A DNA stretch of 64,000 bases from Lachnospiraceae bacterium (GTDB taxonomy: Bacteria; Bacillota; Clostridia; Lachnospirales; Lachnospiraceae): NCBI GenBank assembly GCA_017626095.1, contig JAGAJL010000013.1, forward strand, positions 15,974 through 79,973. Direction: 5' to 3'. Below are positions 30,495 through 39,725 of this stretch, one piece after another. Within the stretch, counting starts at the first letter, position 1, and every line of letters begins with the position of its first letter. Under the pieces are notes generated by a model. That model did no database searches, was not told where the DNA came from, and saw only the letters and a list, made by a program, of their open reading frames with translations. The position numbers were made by a program, and so were the translations under genes.

Positions 30495-30956
30495 TTATTT
30501 TACTATATCCCCAAAGTCCGACACAAGTCCGCAATAGTCTTTTTTTACACGATATCTGTACTCTTTCAGTCCGGGAAAAAAGAGTTTTGTAATCTTTTCC
30601 GGATTCCCAATCAGTTTTTGCTTTTCTTCTCTCTTTAATTGCTTGATCGCATACTCCAAACGCGCCGCTGACGCATAAGTTTTGGCTTCCCAAACCATCT
30701 TTATTTCACGAATTTTATGAGAATGCGTATATTTTGCACCCTTTGCCCCCTGCTGATAGTGTTCCTTTATACGCCGTTTCACATCGGTTGTTATTCCTGT
30801 GTAGAATGAATGATCTTCACATTCTACTATATAAATATATGTTATTCGCTCTTGTTGGGTGCTCTCTTTTCCGACTCTTTCTTTTTTGTCCCTGACCAAT
30901 ATTTTTTTCTGCTTTGTACTGCTCTGTGTTTCCTTTTTCATCGCAACAGACTTCAT
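30495..30956 (-). CDS. GIY-YIG nuclease family protein (UPF0213-like)
   Basis: YIYIVECEDHSFYTGITTDVKRRIKEH...GAKYT...ARLEYAIKQL. Confidence 0.88.
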   Translation of the reverse strand: MKSVAMKKETQSSTKQKKILVRDKKERVGKESTQQERITYIYIVECEDHSFYTGITTDVKRRIKEHYQQGAKGAKYTHSHKIREIKMVWEAKTYASAARLEYAIKQLKREEKQKLIGNPEKITKLFFPGLKEYRYRVKKDYCGLVSDFGDIVK

Positions 30957-30959
30957 CTT

Positions 30960-31370
30960 CTATTTATGCAATCCATAAAACTTATCGGGATATTCCGTCC
31001 CGGTATCAACCTGTAACCGAAGCGTATACTCCTCGGGATTTTCTGCCATTTTTAAAAAGGTATCAAAAGCCGTAAGAATCATTACTGCTTCGTTTTGTTT
31101 ATGCTTTTCATTATCCATATCCATCCGGGCTTTAAAATGATCCATCTGCCAGATTAAAATGTCGATCACATGGTACCCTTCCACATCCACCTCATTGGAA
31201 AAATCATGCTTTACCAGATAATAGACATATTCCTTATAAATATCATCTCTCTGCATCAAACGTTCCCAAAATCCCTCAAAAAAGGTTTCCGGCATATCAT
31301 TTGAAAGACTTGCTTCGTATGTAAACTGTTTTACCTGCTCTCTTGTAATAACCAATTTATTCTGATCCAT
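30960..31370 (-). CDS. Hypothetical protein
   Basis: 136-aa ORF tightly packed in the operon. Confidence 0.7.
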   Translation of the reverse strand: MDQNKLVITREQVKQFTYEASLSNDMPETFFEGFWERLMQRDDIYKEYVYYLVKHDFSNEVDVEGYHVIDILIWQMDHFKARMDMDNEKHKQNEAVMILTAFDTFLKMAENPEEYTLRLQVDTGTEYPDKFYGLHK

Positions 31371-32361
31371 GTATGTCCATTCCTTGCTGTTTTTCCTCTT
31401 TTCTGACGCCTTCTAAGTCAAACGCCGGAATAAAGCTCTCTTTTGCAGTCTTTCCAATCTGCATATATGCTTTGGTAATTCCGAGCGACAGCGCATAATC
31501 GATTACTTTTTGATATTCATAGGTTGTCAAATGCCTTTGCAACTGTTTATCAGGCAGTTTCATGGCTCCAATCGGTGTATATTGATTCAGAATACTGAAA
31601 TAAATATCTTCGCCGTATTCATGGTACAGATATTCTAATATCTTTTCCGCTTCTTTTCGTTGTCCGGGCAACACCAAATGACGGACAATCACGCCCTTTT
31701 TGATGCATCCGTTTTTTTCAAAAGAAACTCTTCCGGCCTGTCTGAGCATTTCTTTGATGGCATCCTTAGCCACTTTGGAGTAATCTGATGCGCCAAAATA
31801 ACGTCTTCCCAATTCATCGGAAATACATTTAAAATCAGGGAGATATACATCCACAAAACCATCCAGCAAACGAAGAGAGGCTACCGATTCATATCCTCCG
31901 CAGTTATAAATAACCGGAAGAAAAAATCCTTTTTCCTTTGCCAGACAAAGCGCCTCCACAATAGTGGGAATAAACATGACACCGGTCACCAGATTAATAT
32001 TATTCGCACCTTTCTCCTGCAATTCCATAAAAATTTCAGCCAAACGCTCTTTGGAAATTGACAAACCTGCTTTTCCCCTGGATATTTCCCAATTCTGGCA
32101 AAAGACACATTGGAGATTGCATCCGGAAAAAAAGATTGCACCGGAACCATTATTCTGACTGATACAAGGTTCTTCCCAAAAGTGGAGCGCCGCTCTTGCA
32201 ACATGTGGCAAGGCTCCCATTTTGCAAAAACCGACTTCTCCTTCCAGGCGATTTACTCCGCATTTTCTGGGGCACAGAAAACAACGGCTATAGTATTGTT
32301 CTTCCAATTTGCTGTACATTTCCATGCATAAAACCTCACAGGAATCAGAATCAATCCTCAT
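31357..32361 (-). CDS. Radical SAM protein, PflX-like
   Basis: CFLCPRKC, WEEPCIS, FFSGCNLQCVFCQN, NINLVT, YLPDFK, IVRHLVLPG; start uncertain. Confidence 0.85.
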   Translation of the reverse strand: MRIDSDSCEVLCMEMYSKLEEQYYSRCFLCPRKCGVNRLEGEVGFCKMGALPHVARAALHFWEEPCISQNNGSGAIFFSGCNLQCVFCQNWEISRGKAGLSISKERLAEIFMELQEKGANNINLVTGVMFIPTIVEALCLAKEKGFFLPVIYNCGGYESVASLRLLDGFVDVYLPDFKCISDELGRRYFGASDYSKVAKDAIKEMLRQAGRVSFEKNGCIKKGVIVRHLVLPGQRKEAEKILEYLYHEYGEDIYFSILNQYTPIGAMKLPDKQLQRHLTTYEYQKVIDYALSLGITKAYMQIGKTAKESFIPAFDLEGVRKEEKQQGMDIHGSE

Positions 32362-32992
32362 CTCTGTCTTTCGGCTTCATAATCTTTCTCTGTCTGGCCG
32401 TAATGTATTTATCAATATCCGGACGCGGAATCATATAACAACCAAATAATGTTTTCCCATCTTCGCGTTCTTCTCTTCGAACCACACGCCCCATAACAGA
32501 AACATCCGTCCCCATCATGGTATCGGTATAAATCACTTCCACATAATCCATATCATTATTATCATAATGACCTACAGTAAACGAAAAACCGGTTGAGCTC
32601 ATATCCAGAATATATGCATCAATGGTTGCTTTTCCATGATTTACATAGCAATATTCATCAATCGGCACTCTGAAGTGCGATCTGCGGTTTAGATTTACAC
32701 CATTTTCCTTTGCAATAATCGCATGATATCTCTGGTCCTTGAATTTGATATATTGAACATGACAACCTTTGAAAATAACAGGCTTCCCATCACGTACCGC
32801 AACCACCTCTGCAATAATGCCTTCAGAGCCAAAGGTTAACACTTTATCTTCATATTTCAGCGGAGGGACCAAAATGCATTTTCCTTTTACGGAAGTGTCC
32901 AAAACAGGACATTTCCATTCCATTTTGTCGCGCTCTTTCATTTTAATGGTCAGTGTCACAATTTCATCTTTTTCAAGCTCATATATATACAT
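32351..32992 (-). CDS. PilZ domain c-di-GMP receptor (YcgR-like)
   Basis: NRRSHFR (RxxxR) and DMSSTG (D/NxSxxG). Confidence 0.85.
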   Translation of the reverse strand: MYIYELEKDEIVTLTIKMKERDKMEWKCPVLDTSVKGKCILVPPLKYEDKVLTFGSEGIIAEVVAVRDGKPVIFKGCHVQYIKFKDQRYHAIIAKENGVNLNRRSHFRVPIDEYCYVNHGKATIDAYILDMSSTGFSFTVGHYDNNDMDYVEVIYTDTMMGTDVSVMGRVVRREEREDGKTLFGCYMIPRPDIDKYITARQRKIMKPKDRDED

Positions 32993-33007
32993 AACTAGAA
33001 CCTTTTA

Positions 33008-33304
33008 TCACTTTTTTATTACATGCTCAGGATCTTTGAGTAAAAGAATAATCAGCCAGATGATCAAACCAAGCACCACAACAGATAATCCTAAAAAAGT
33101 ATCATTTAACATATCCTGTCCCGCAGGAGAAAAATATAATTCTCCAAGCTCCAAATACTCATAAACAGCATCTACCATCCACATTAAGAATGCTCCCCAG
33201 AACTCATAGCACAGGATACCTACCTTTAAAAACCGGGCCTTTTCATTCACATACCATAGTATGGTCGAAATAATAGCTGCTAAAGCTGTAATTAATAATG
33301 TCAT
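33008..33304 (-). CDS. Small membrane protein, unknown function
   Basis: Three hydrophobic segments; AAGGAG RBS. Confidence 0.7.
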   Translation of the reverse strand: MTLLITALAAIISTILWYVNEKARFLKVGILCYEFWGAFLMWMVDAVYEYLELGELYFSPAGQDMLNDTFLGLSVVVLGLIIWLIILLLKDPEHVIKK

Positions 33305-33319
33305 CCCGGTCTCTCCTTA

Positions 33320-33715
33320 TTATTGAATAACTGTTTTTTTATTCGTGCCCTTCATTTCGATGAATGTAAGAACACCCCAGAAAAGTGTAACAACAACTGC
33401 CATGGTTACACCAACCGTTGACATTTCATGTAGCATCTTTGTCAAATCTGCCGGATTATTCGCCGCTGTCAAAAACGGAAAATACGGCATAATTTCTCCA
33501 TGCCATAAATGTTCAAACGCAAGTAAGCCGGAGCCTCCCCACAAAAAATTGGACAATTTTTTTATTTGACGAGCCTCGATACGACAACTACCGGTGTCAT
33601 TTATAAAACCATCTTCTATTTCCTGCATCGATTTTTGTTCTTCTTTTTTAATTAATACTTTAGAAACTGTCGTTGCCACCATTGCTTCTGCCATGGGAAC
33701 CACAAAACACGCCAT
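33320..33715 (-). CDS. Small membrane protein, unknown function
   Basis: MACF start, LWGGSGLLAFEHLWHGEI.P.FPFLTA; AGGAGG RBS. Confidence 0.7.
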   Translation of the reverse strand: MACFVVPMAEAMVATTVSKVLIKKEEQKSMQEIEDGFINDTGSCRIEARQIKKLSNFLWGGSGLLAFEHLWHGEIMPYFPFLTAANNPADLTKMLHEMSTVGVTMAVVVTLFWGVLTFIEMKGTNKKTVIQ

Positions 33716-33888
33716 AAGGAACCTCCTGCTTTATAAGTAAAAAATTGCATTTCTTTAATCATAACATACATCGCGCAAAGATAAAAGACGATTATGCCTC
33801 GCAAATGTTTACAATTATCATTTACAAATTTTTGTTTTATGTTAAAATAATAGTGAATTCGTCACAAAATGTAGAAGGAGGATAAAAA

Positions 33889-34242
33889 ATGAGTTTTGTT
33901 GATGCAATCAAAAGTGTTTTTACACAGTATGTAGGTTTCAGTGGACGTGCAAGAAGAAGTGAATACTGGTTTTTCTGTTTATTTAACATTATCGTTTCCG
34001 GTGTTCTTTCTGCATTAGCTCGTGGCGGCGGAATATTAAGCATTTTAAGCGTTATTTGGTCTTTAGCGATTTTTCTGCCCAGTCTTGCAGTCTGCATTCG
34101 TCGCCTTCATGATATCGGAAAAAGCGGATGGTGGTATCTGCTTGCATTTATTCCGTTAGTTGGTGCAATCATTTTAATCATCTGGTTCTGCAAAGACAGC
34201 GAACCCGGTGCAAATGCTTACGGACCCAATCCGAAAGAATGA
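33889..34242 (+). CDS. DUF805 family membrane protein
   Basis: FSGRARRSEYW, RRLHDIGKSGW, NAYGPNP. Confidence 0.92.
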   Translation: MSFVDAIKSVFTQYVGFSGRARRSEYWFFCLFNIIVSGVLSALARGGGILSILSVIWSLAIFLPSLAVCIRRLHDIGKSGWWYLLAFIPLVGAIILIIWFCKDSEPGANAYGPNPKE

Positions 34243-34343
34243 TCAAAATAATATATGATTATTTCAAAATCCGGGAGCTTTGGTTCCCGGATTTTTATAC
34301 TTCAAAATAAAAAAGCTACTTTTTGGCAGAACGGAGTCTTATT

Positions 34344-34979
34344 ATGAAAATACGTAGAATTATGATGTCACTGTTTGGAGTTTTAATTTGCGCCGTCAGT
34401 GTGGGTATTTTTAAACTTGCCGCTTTAGGCGTTGATCCTTTTCAATCCCTGATGAGCGGACTGGATCAGTTGATTCCGATTTCTTTTGGAACTCTGTATG
34501 TCATTGTCAATTTAATCCTGTTATCCTTTAGCCTGTTAACAGACCGGCACAATATCGGCATTGCCACTTTTATCAATTTGTTTTTACTTGGCTATGTCAC
34601 GCAATTTACCTATGATTTATTGCAAAAACTGTTCCCGGCTCCAACTCTGCTTTTCCGCATCGCCTGTCTGCTTATCGGAATTGTCATCATTTGCTTTGGT
34701 TCTGCTCTATATATGACAGCAGATTTAGGCGTATCTACCTATGATGCCGTTGCAATCGTTTTAGCCAACAAATGGAAAATTGCGAAATTCAAATTCTGCC
34801 GTATCGGAACCGATCTTATCTGTGTCATTGCAGGAATTATTGTTTTTCTTTTAGGTGGCGGTACAATCTCATCCATTCCGACTATCGTCGGCGTTGGAAC
34901 CATCGTAACTGCTTTTTTCATGGGACCGCTAATTGAATTTTTCAATGAAAAGATTGCCAGACCGTTGCTCAACCGCTAA
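34344..34979 (+). CDS. YczE/YitT family membrane protein
   Basis: Duplicated LGVDPF / LGVSTYD and IGIAT / VGVGT motifs. Confidence 0.8.
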   Translation: MKIRRIMMSLFGVLICAVSVGIFKLAALGVDPFQSLMSGLDQLIPISFGTLYVIVNLILLSFSLLTDRHNIGIATFINLFLLGYVTQFTYDLLQKLFPAPTLLFRIACLLIGIVIICFGSALYMTADLGVSTYDAVAIVLANKWKIAKFKFCRIGTDLICVIAGIIVFLLGGGTISSIPTIVGVGTIVTAFFMGPLIEFFNEKIARPLLNR

Positions 34980-36067
34980 TAGACAATCCGGTCTCTTCCG
35001 TCTTCTTTTCCGCGATACAATTTTTGATCTGCAGTGATTAACATGCTCTCATAATTACCGGAATAGTCGTACTCAGCCAATCCAAAGGTCATGGTAACAC
35101 GAATTTCCTGTCCCGCTTTCATGACAACAATATTTTTAATCTTTCGACGAATTTCACACAGTCTAATAAATGCTGCATCACCATTGGTATCCGGAAACAG
35201 AAGCAAAAACTCTTCACCACCCCAGCGGGCTGCCATATTCTTATCTTCCATTTCTTCTCGAAATACTTTTCCGATTGCCTGTAGCACTTTATCTCCTGCA
35301 TCATGTCCATAGGTATCATTGACTTTTTTAAAAAAGTCAATGTCACAGATACACAGACAAAAGCCCTTATTCCCGCAATTTTTACAACATTCTTCAATAT
35401 ATTCGATAGCTCTTCTGCGGTTATATAAAGATGTCAGTTTATCGGTATTGGCCATGGCCTTTAGTTCTTCATTGTAAGCAATCAACTTACTCTCTAGTTC
35501 CTGACTATCCCTACCATAAATATAAGAAATAACGGAAATCGACCAGAAAATAACAATCGTATTAATGATTTGCAGAGAATTGTTTTCCCGGCTGCTGATC
35601 TCAACAAGCGACTTACTGTCGCAAAAAATAAAATACAACGCAATACGCAAAATACATAATCCGGTTGCAAAAAAAGCTTTAAACTTCAAGTTGTTGTATT
35701 GGGCAAAAAATACCAATACCAACAACACCATCAGAAAATGTTGTACACCAACATTCCAACCGAACAAATAGATAAAACTGATTATCCAGAAAATCATGGC
35801 AACACTCAGACCTGTAAAAATCCAAAGTGTTCGCAATTTATAAGTAGCCGCAAAAATACCTACAAAAATCAACAGTGCAATCAGATAAATGACAAATCCA
35901 CCACTTGATGATACGACATTCCAGGAAATCGCCGGAAGCAATAAATATGCAATAAAAGACAAGGTCAAAATCCGAATTACGACCGCTGTCTTTTTTGATT
36001 CGTTTTCAGCCTGTGTGTCTTTTTCAATGAAATCTGTAAATTTTGACCATAATTCCCATAAATACAC
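34976..36067 (-). CDS. Membrane-bound diguanylate cyclase
   Basis: Multiple TMs; DIDFFKKVNDTYGH, RWGGEEF. Confidence 0.9.
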   Translation of the reverse strand: MYLWELWSKFTDFIEKDTQAENESKKTAVVIRILTLSFIAYLLLPAISWNVVSSSGGFVIYLIALLIFVGIFAATYKLRTLWIFTGLSVAMIFWIISFIYLFGWNVGVQHFLMVLLVLVFFAQYNNLKFKAFFATGLCILRIALYFIFCDSKSLVEISSRENNSLQIINTIVIFWSISVISYIYGRDSQELESKLIAYNEELKAMANTDKLTSLYNRRRAIEYIEECCKNCGNKGFCLCICDIDFFKKVNDTYGHDAGDKVLQAIGKVFREEMEDKNMAARWGGEEFLLLFPDTNGDAAFIRLCEIRRKIKNIVVMKAGQEIRVTMTFGLAEYDYSGNYESMLITADQKLYRGKEDGRDRIVY

Positions 36068-36213
36068 GTATAATACCCCTTATTTTTACAAATTGCAATT
36101 AAAATACGACACCATATCAATAAACCATACTGAAATATCTTTTAACCCCGCATCATATTATCCTGCAAAAATGCGACAGAAATGTATAGTATTCTCTATC
36201 GTGATATAGAACA

Positions 36214-37386
36214 TTATACTTCTACATCCTGTGAATAGTCCACATTTTTTATTCCAAAACCGAATATTTTGTAAAAATCTTCCCAGTATCCGTCCAGGTC
36301 GCAACACGACTTTATCGTTTCGGTTGTTACCTCCTCCCAAATCCGGGTTACTTCTTCCTGAACAACCGATTCCATTTCCAGGTCATCCAGCCGGATACGA
36401 CCTTCTTCATCCGTCGCAATTTCTTTTCTTCCGATTCTGTCCGTAAAGAGTCTTACCATCTGCATGATGCAATCTTCATGTAGGCCTTTTTCCTTCATGA
36501 CCTTATTTAAAATCGATAAATACAACGGTACACCCGGAATTGCTGCGCTCGATTGTGTCACCACTGCTTTGTTGACAGAAATATATGCCTTCACATCCGG
36601 ATGGATCTGATTTATTATCTCCGCTGTTTTTTGCAAATGCCTTTTCGCCTGTCCGATGGTTCCGCTCTGATAAATCGGATAGGTAAGATCCGGTCCGAGA
36701 TAGGAGTATGCCAAAGTCAATGCACCTTGAGATAACACATCCGCCTCCTTTAGTGCATCTATCCAGTCCTTCCAATCTTCTCCTCCCATGACGCAAATGG
36801 TATTTTGTGTTTCTTTCTCTGTTGCAGGTTCTAACGTCGCCTGTTCAATCACATTATGGTATAAATTGAGATTTTTAGTGGTAAACGGCTTATCTATGGT
36901 TTTTAAAACAGAAGAAACTACCGTTCCGTCCTCAAGCGTCCTCTTTGGGGTTGCTAAAGAGTAAATGACTAAATCCACGGTTTCCAAATCCTGTGTAAGC
37001 TTTTGGATTGTCTGTCCTTTTACATCCTTTGAAAAGGCATCCCCGTTGACAGTCTGTGCATACAATCCTTCCTGTAACGCTGCTTCTTCAAACGCTTTTG
37101 TGTTATAATAACCCGCGGTTGCAGTTCTCTTCCCGGAAGCCTCTCTTTCATACATGACTCCCAGTGTATTACATCCTGCCGTAAAGGCTGCGGCAATTCT
37201 GCTTGCCAGACCATAGCCTGCGGAACATCCGATGATCAAAACATTTTTTATTGGACGAGTACTCATGGAACGATACTCTTTCGCTTTGGACTTTGCATAT
37301 GCAATCTGATTGCATACATTCTCACGGCATCCTACCGGATGTGCGGTTGTACAGATAAATCCTTTTGCTTTGGGTTCTACAATCAT
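36214..37386 (-). CDS. fabV: Enoyl-ACP / trans-2-enoyl-CoA reductase (FabV/Ter)
   Basis: CTTAHPVGC, GCSAGYGLASR, NGDAFS, YSLA, YPIYQSGTIGQAK, VTQSS. Confidence 0.9.
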   Translation of the reverse strand: MIVEPKAKGFICTTAHPVGCRENVCNQIAYAKSKAKEYRSMSTRPIKNVLIIGCSAGYGLASRIAAAFTAGCNTLGVMYEREASGKRTATAGYYNTKAFEEAALQEGLYAQTVNGDAFSKDVKGQTIQKLTQDLETVDLVIYSLATPKRTLEDGTVVSSVLKTIDKPFTTKNLNLYHNVIEQATLEPATEKETQNTICVMGGEDWKDWIDALKEADVLSQGALTLAYSYLGPDLTYPIYQSGTIGQAKRHLQKTAEIINQIHPDVKAYISVNKAVVTQSSAAIPGVPLYLSILNKVMKEKGLHEDCIMQMVRLFTDRIGRKEIATDEEGRIRLDDLEMESVVQEEVTRIWEEVTTETIKSCCDLDGYWEDFYKIFGFGIKNVDYSQDVEV

Positions 37387-37634
37387 GTCTTTCTCCCTGT
37401 CATTTGTAAAAACCATATCTTTTCTGATTTTTATTTATTCTTTTTTATACTTTACATCATGTTGTATTATTTTGTCCAAATAACATATTCCTTTTTAAGC
37501 TTTCGCTTTCTCAATCCAAAAAAACAGGCTGTCACACAATATATTATTTGGTAACAGCCCGATTGTACGAATTCTGAACTAAATCAACAGCCTCACGGAT
37601 ATCATCCCATTCTTGTCTGCTGTCAGAAATCCAT

Positions 37635-38573
37635 TTACATATTCTCTTTTATCTTTGCATAAATGCCTTTTGAATCCAGTCCGTATTTTTCAACAAGGGC
37701 TGCTGCCGGTCCGGATTCGCCAAACCGATCATAAACACCGATTTTGGTCACCTTTGTGGGATCCTTTTCAGAAAGCACATCACATACGGCACTTCCCAGA
37801 CCTCCGATGACAGAATGTTCTTCTACCGTAAATACTTTGCGGGTTTTCTTTGCAGTAGCTACTACCAGTTCCTCATCTAACGGCTTAATGGTATGGATAT
37901 TAATGACCTCTGCATCAATACCATCTGCTTTTAACATTTCTGCTGCACCCATAGCACCTTCCACACAGATACCGGTGGCAATAATGGATACATCAGCGCC
38001 TTCTTTGAGTACCACGCCTTTTCCAATTTCAAACTTGTAGTCTGCGTTGTCATTGATAACCGGAACTGCAGCACGGCCAAATCTTAAATAAACCGGACCA
38101 TCCATTTCCAATGCGGCACGAACGGCAGCTTTTGCTTCAATATCATCAGAAGGTACAATCACAGTCATTCCCGGAATCGTTCTCATTAATGCAATATCTT
38201 CATTACACTGATGGGTTGCTCCGTCTTCACCAACTGTAATTCCGGCATGGGTTGCACCGATTTTTACATTTAAATGAGGATAACCGATGGAGTTACGAAC
38301 CTGTTCAAAGTTTCTTCCTGCTGCAAACATTGCAAAAGAAGAAATAAAAGGTATTTTTCCACAGGTAGCCAAACCTGCTGCAATACCTGTCATATTACAC
38401 TCTGCAATACCACAGTCAATATGACGGTCAGGGTATGCTTTTTTGAAAGTACCTGTCTTGGTAGCACCTGCTAAATCGGCATCTAAAACGACCAGTTCAG
38501 GGAAGTCTTCGGCGCATGCAACCAAAGCATTTCCATAACTTTCTCTTGTTGCGATTTTCTTTACGTCTGCCAT
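37635..38573 (-). CDS. Transketolase C-terminal subunit
   Basis: ATRESYG, GIAECNM, GEDGATHQ, VEEHSVIGGLG. Confidence 0.93.
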   Translation of the reverse strand: MADVKKIATRESYGNALVACAEDFPELVVLDADLAGATKTGTFKKAYPDRHIDCGIAECNMTGIAAGLATCGKIPFISSFAMFAAGRNFEQVRNSIGYPHLNVKIGATHAGITVGEDGATHQCNEDIALMRTIPGMTVIVPSDDIEAKAAVRAALEMDGPVYLRFGRAAVPVINDNADYKFEIGKGVVLKEGADVSIIATGICVEGAMGAAEMLKADGIDAEVINIHTIKPLDEELVVATAKKTRKVFTVEEHSVIGGLGSAVCDVLSEKDPTKVTKIGVYDRFGESGPAAALVEKYGLDSKGIYAKIKENM

Positions 38574-39418
38574 TATACTTCACCTGCTTTCTCTAATTCT
38601 GCGGCGATTTTGTCCAAATCAGCCATCGCAGTTGCATATTCTTCATCGTTGGGAGCTTTTCCGTGCCATCCCGCATTATCTTCCATAAAGGAAACACCTT
38701 TTCCTTTTACGGTATGCATGATAATCGCTGTAGGTTTTCCTTTTGTTTCTTTTGCTTTTTTAAATGCGGCACGAATTTCATCAAAGTTATGTCCGTCAAT
38801 ATTAATAGCCTGGAAATTAAATGCTTCAAATTTCGCATCGATGGGATATACAGAACAAACATCCTCAACTCTTCCGTCAATCTGAAGACCGTTATTATCC
38901 ACGATTACAACCAGGTTGTCTAATTTGTTAGCACCTGCAAACATAGATGCTTCCCAAACCTGACCTTCCTGAATTTCACCATCTCCCAAAAGTGTGTATA
39001 CGCGAAAATCTTTTTTATCTAATTTTGCCGCAAGTGCCATACCAACAGCCGCAGAAATTCCCTGTCCCAAAGAACCGGAACTCATATCAACACCGGGAGT
39101 TTCCTGCATACAGGGATGTCCCTGTAAATAAGAGCCCAGTTTACGAAGGGTCTTTAAGTCCTCAACCGGGAAATAACCTCTGTTTGCCAACGCCGAATAA
39201 AGACCGGGGGCTGTATGGCCTTTTGATAACACAAAGCGGTCTCTGTCTTCCCATTTGGGATTCTTGGGGTCGATATTCATTTCTTCAAAATAAAGATACG
39301 TAAACATATCTGCCGCAGAAAGTGATCCGCCGGGATGTCCGGCTTTTGCACTATGAACTGAGGTCACAATACCCTTACGAACTTCATTTGCCGTTTTTTG
39401 AAGTTCTAAATTTGTCAT
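38573..39418 (-). CDS. Transketolase N-terminal subunit
   Basis: GHPGGSLS, RDRFVLSKGH, LQGHP, GSLGQG, GDGE TPP motif. Confidence 0.93.
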   Translation of the reverse strand: MTNLELQKTANEVRKGIVTSVHSAKAGHPGGSLSAADMFTYLYFEEMNIDPKNPKWEDRDRFVLSKGHTAPGLYSALANRGYFPVEDLKTLRKLGSYLQGHPCMQETPGVDMSSGSLGQGISAAVGMALAAKLDKKDFRVYTLLGDGEIQEGQVWEASMFAGANKLDNLVVIVDNNGLQIDGRVEDVCSVYPIDAKFEAFNFQAINIDGHNFDEIRAAFKKAKETKGKPTAIIMHTVKGKGVSFMEDNAGWHGKAPNDEEYATAMADLDKIAAELEKAGEV

Positions 39419-39440
39419 GGTTTCTCCTTTTTTCAAGGAA

Positions 39441-39615
39441 CAACTTCGCGATTTTTCTTACGATACATAATGTCTTCTGCGACGCGCTCTCGCTTCATTA
39501 TCCATGTAGCAGTACTAATGATTTTTCATCGCTTCACTCGTAAAATCAAAGTGCTGACATGGATAAAGAGTCGCTGACAGACATTATGATATCTCCGGAA
39601 ACCATCGCGAAGTTG
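39441..39615. repeat. Long imperfect palindrome (family C; single copy in the window)
   Basis: Nested stems CAACTTCGCGAT/ATCGCGAAGTTG, CATAATGTC/GACATTATG, TTATCCATGT/ACATGGATAA, TGATTTT/AAAATCA. Confidence 0.8.
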
Positions 39616-39725
39616 CTTCTTATTATTAATTTTGTTAAACGTGCAAAGAAGATTCCGGCCGGTGCTCCGACCGAAATCATCTTTACTTATTGTATATAAA
39701 ATTTGCTTTAGATACAATCCTAAAA

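Noticed and set aside
37635-39418. Two-gene transketolase as a novelty
   Set aside because: Split N/C transketolases are common in Clostridia.
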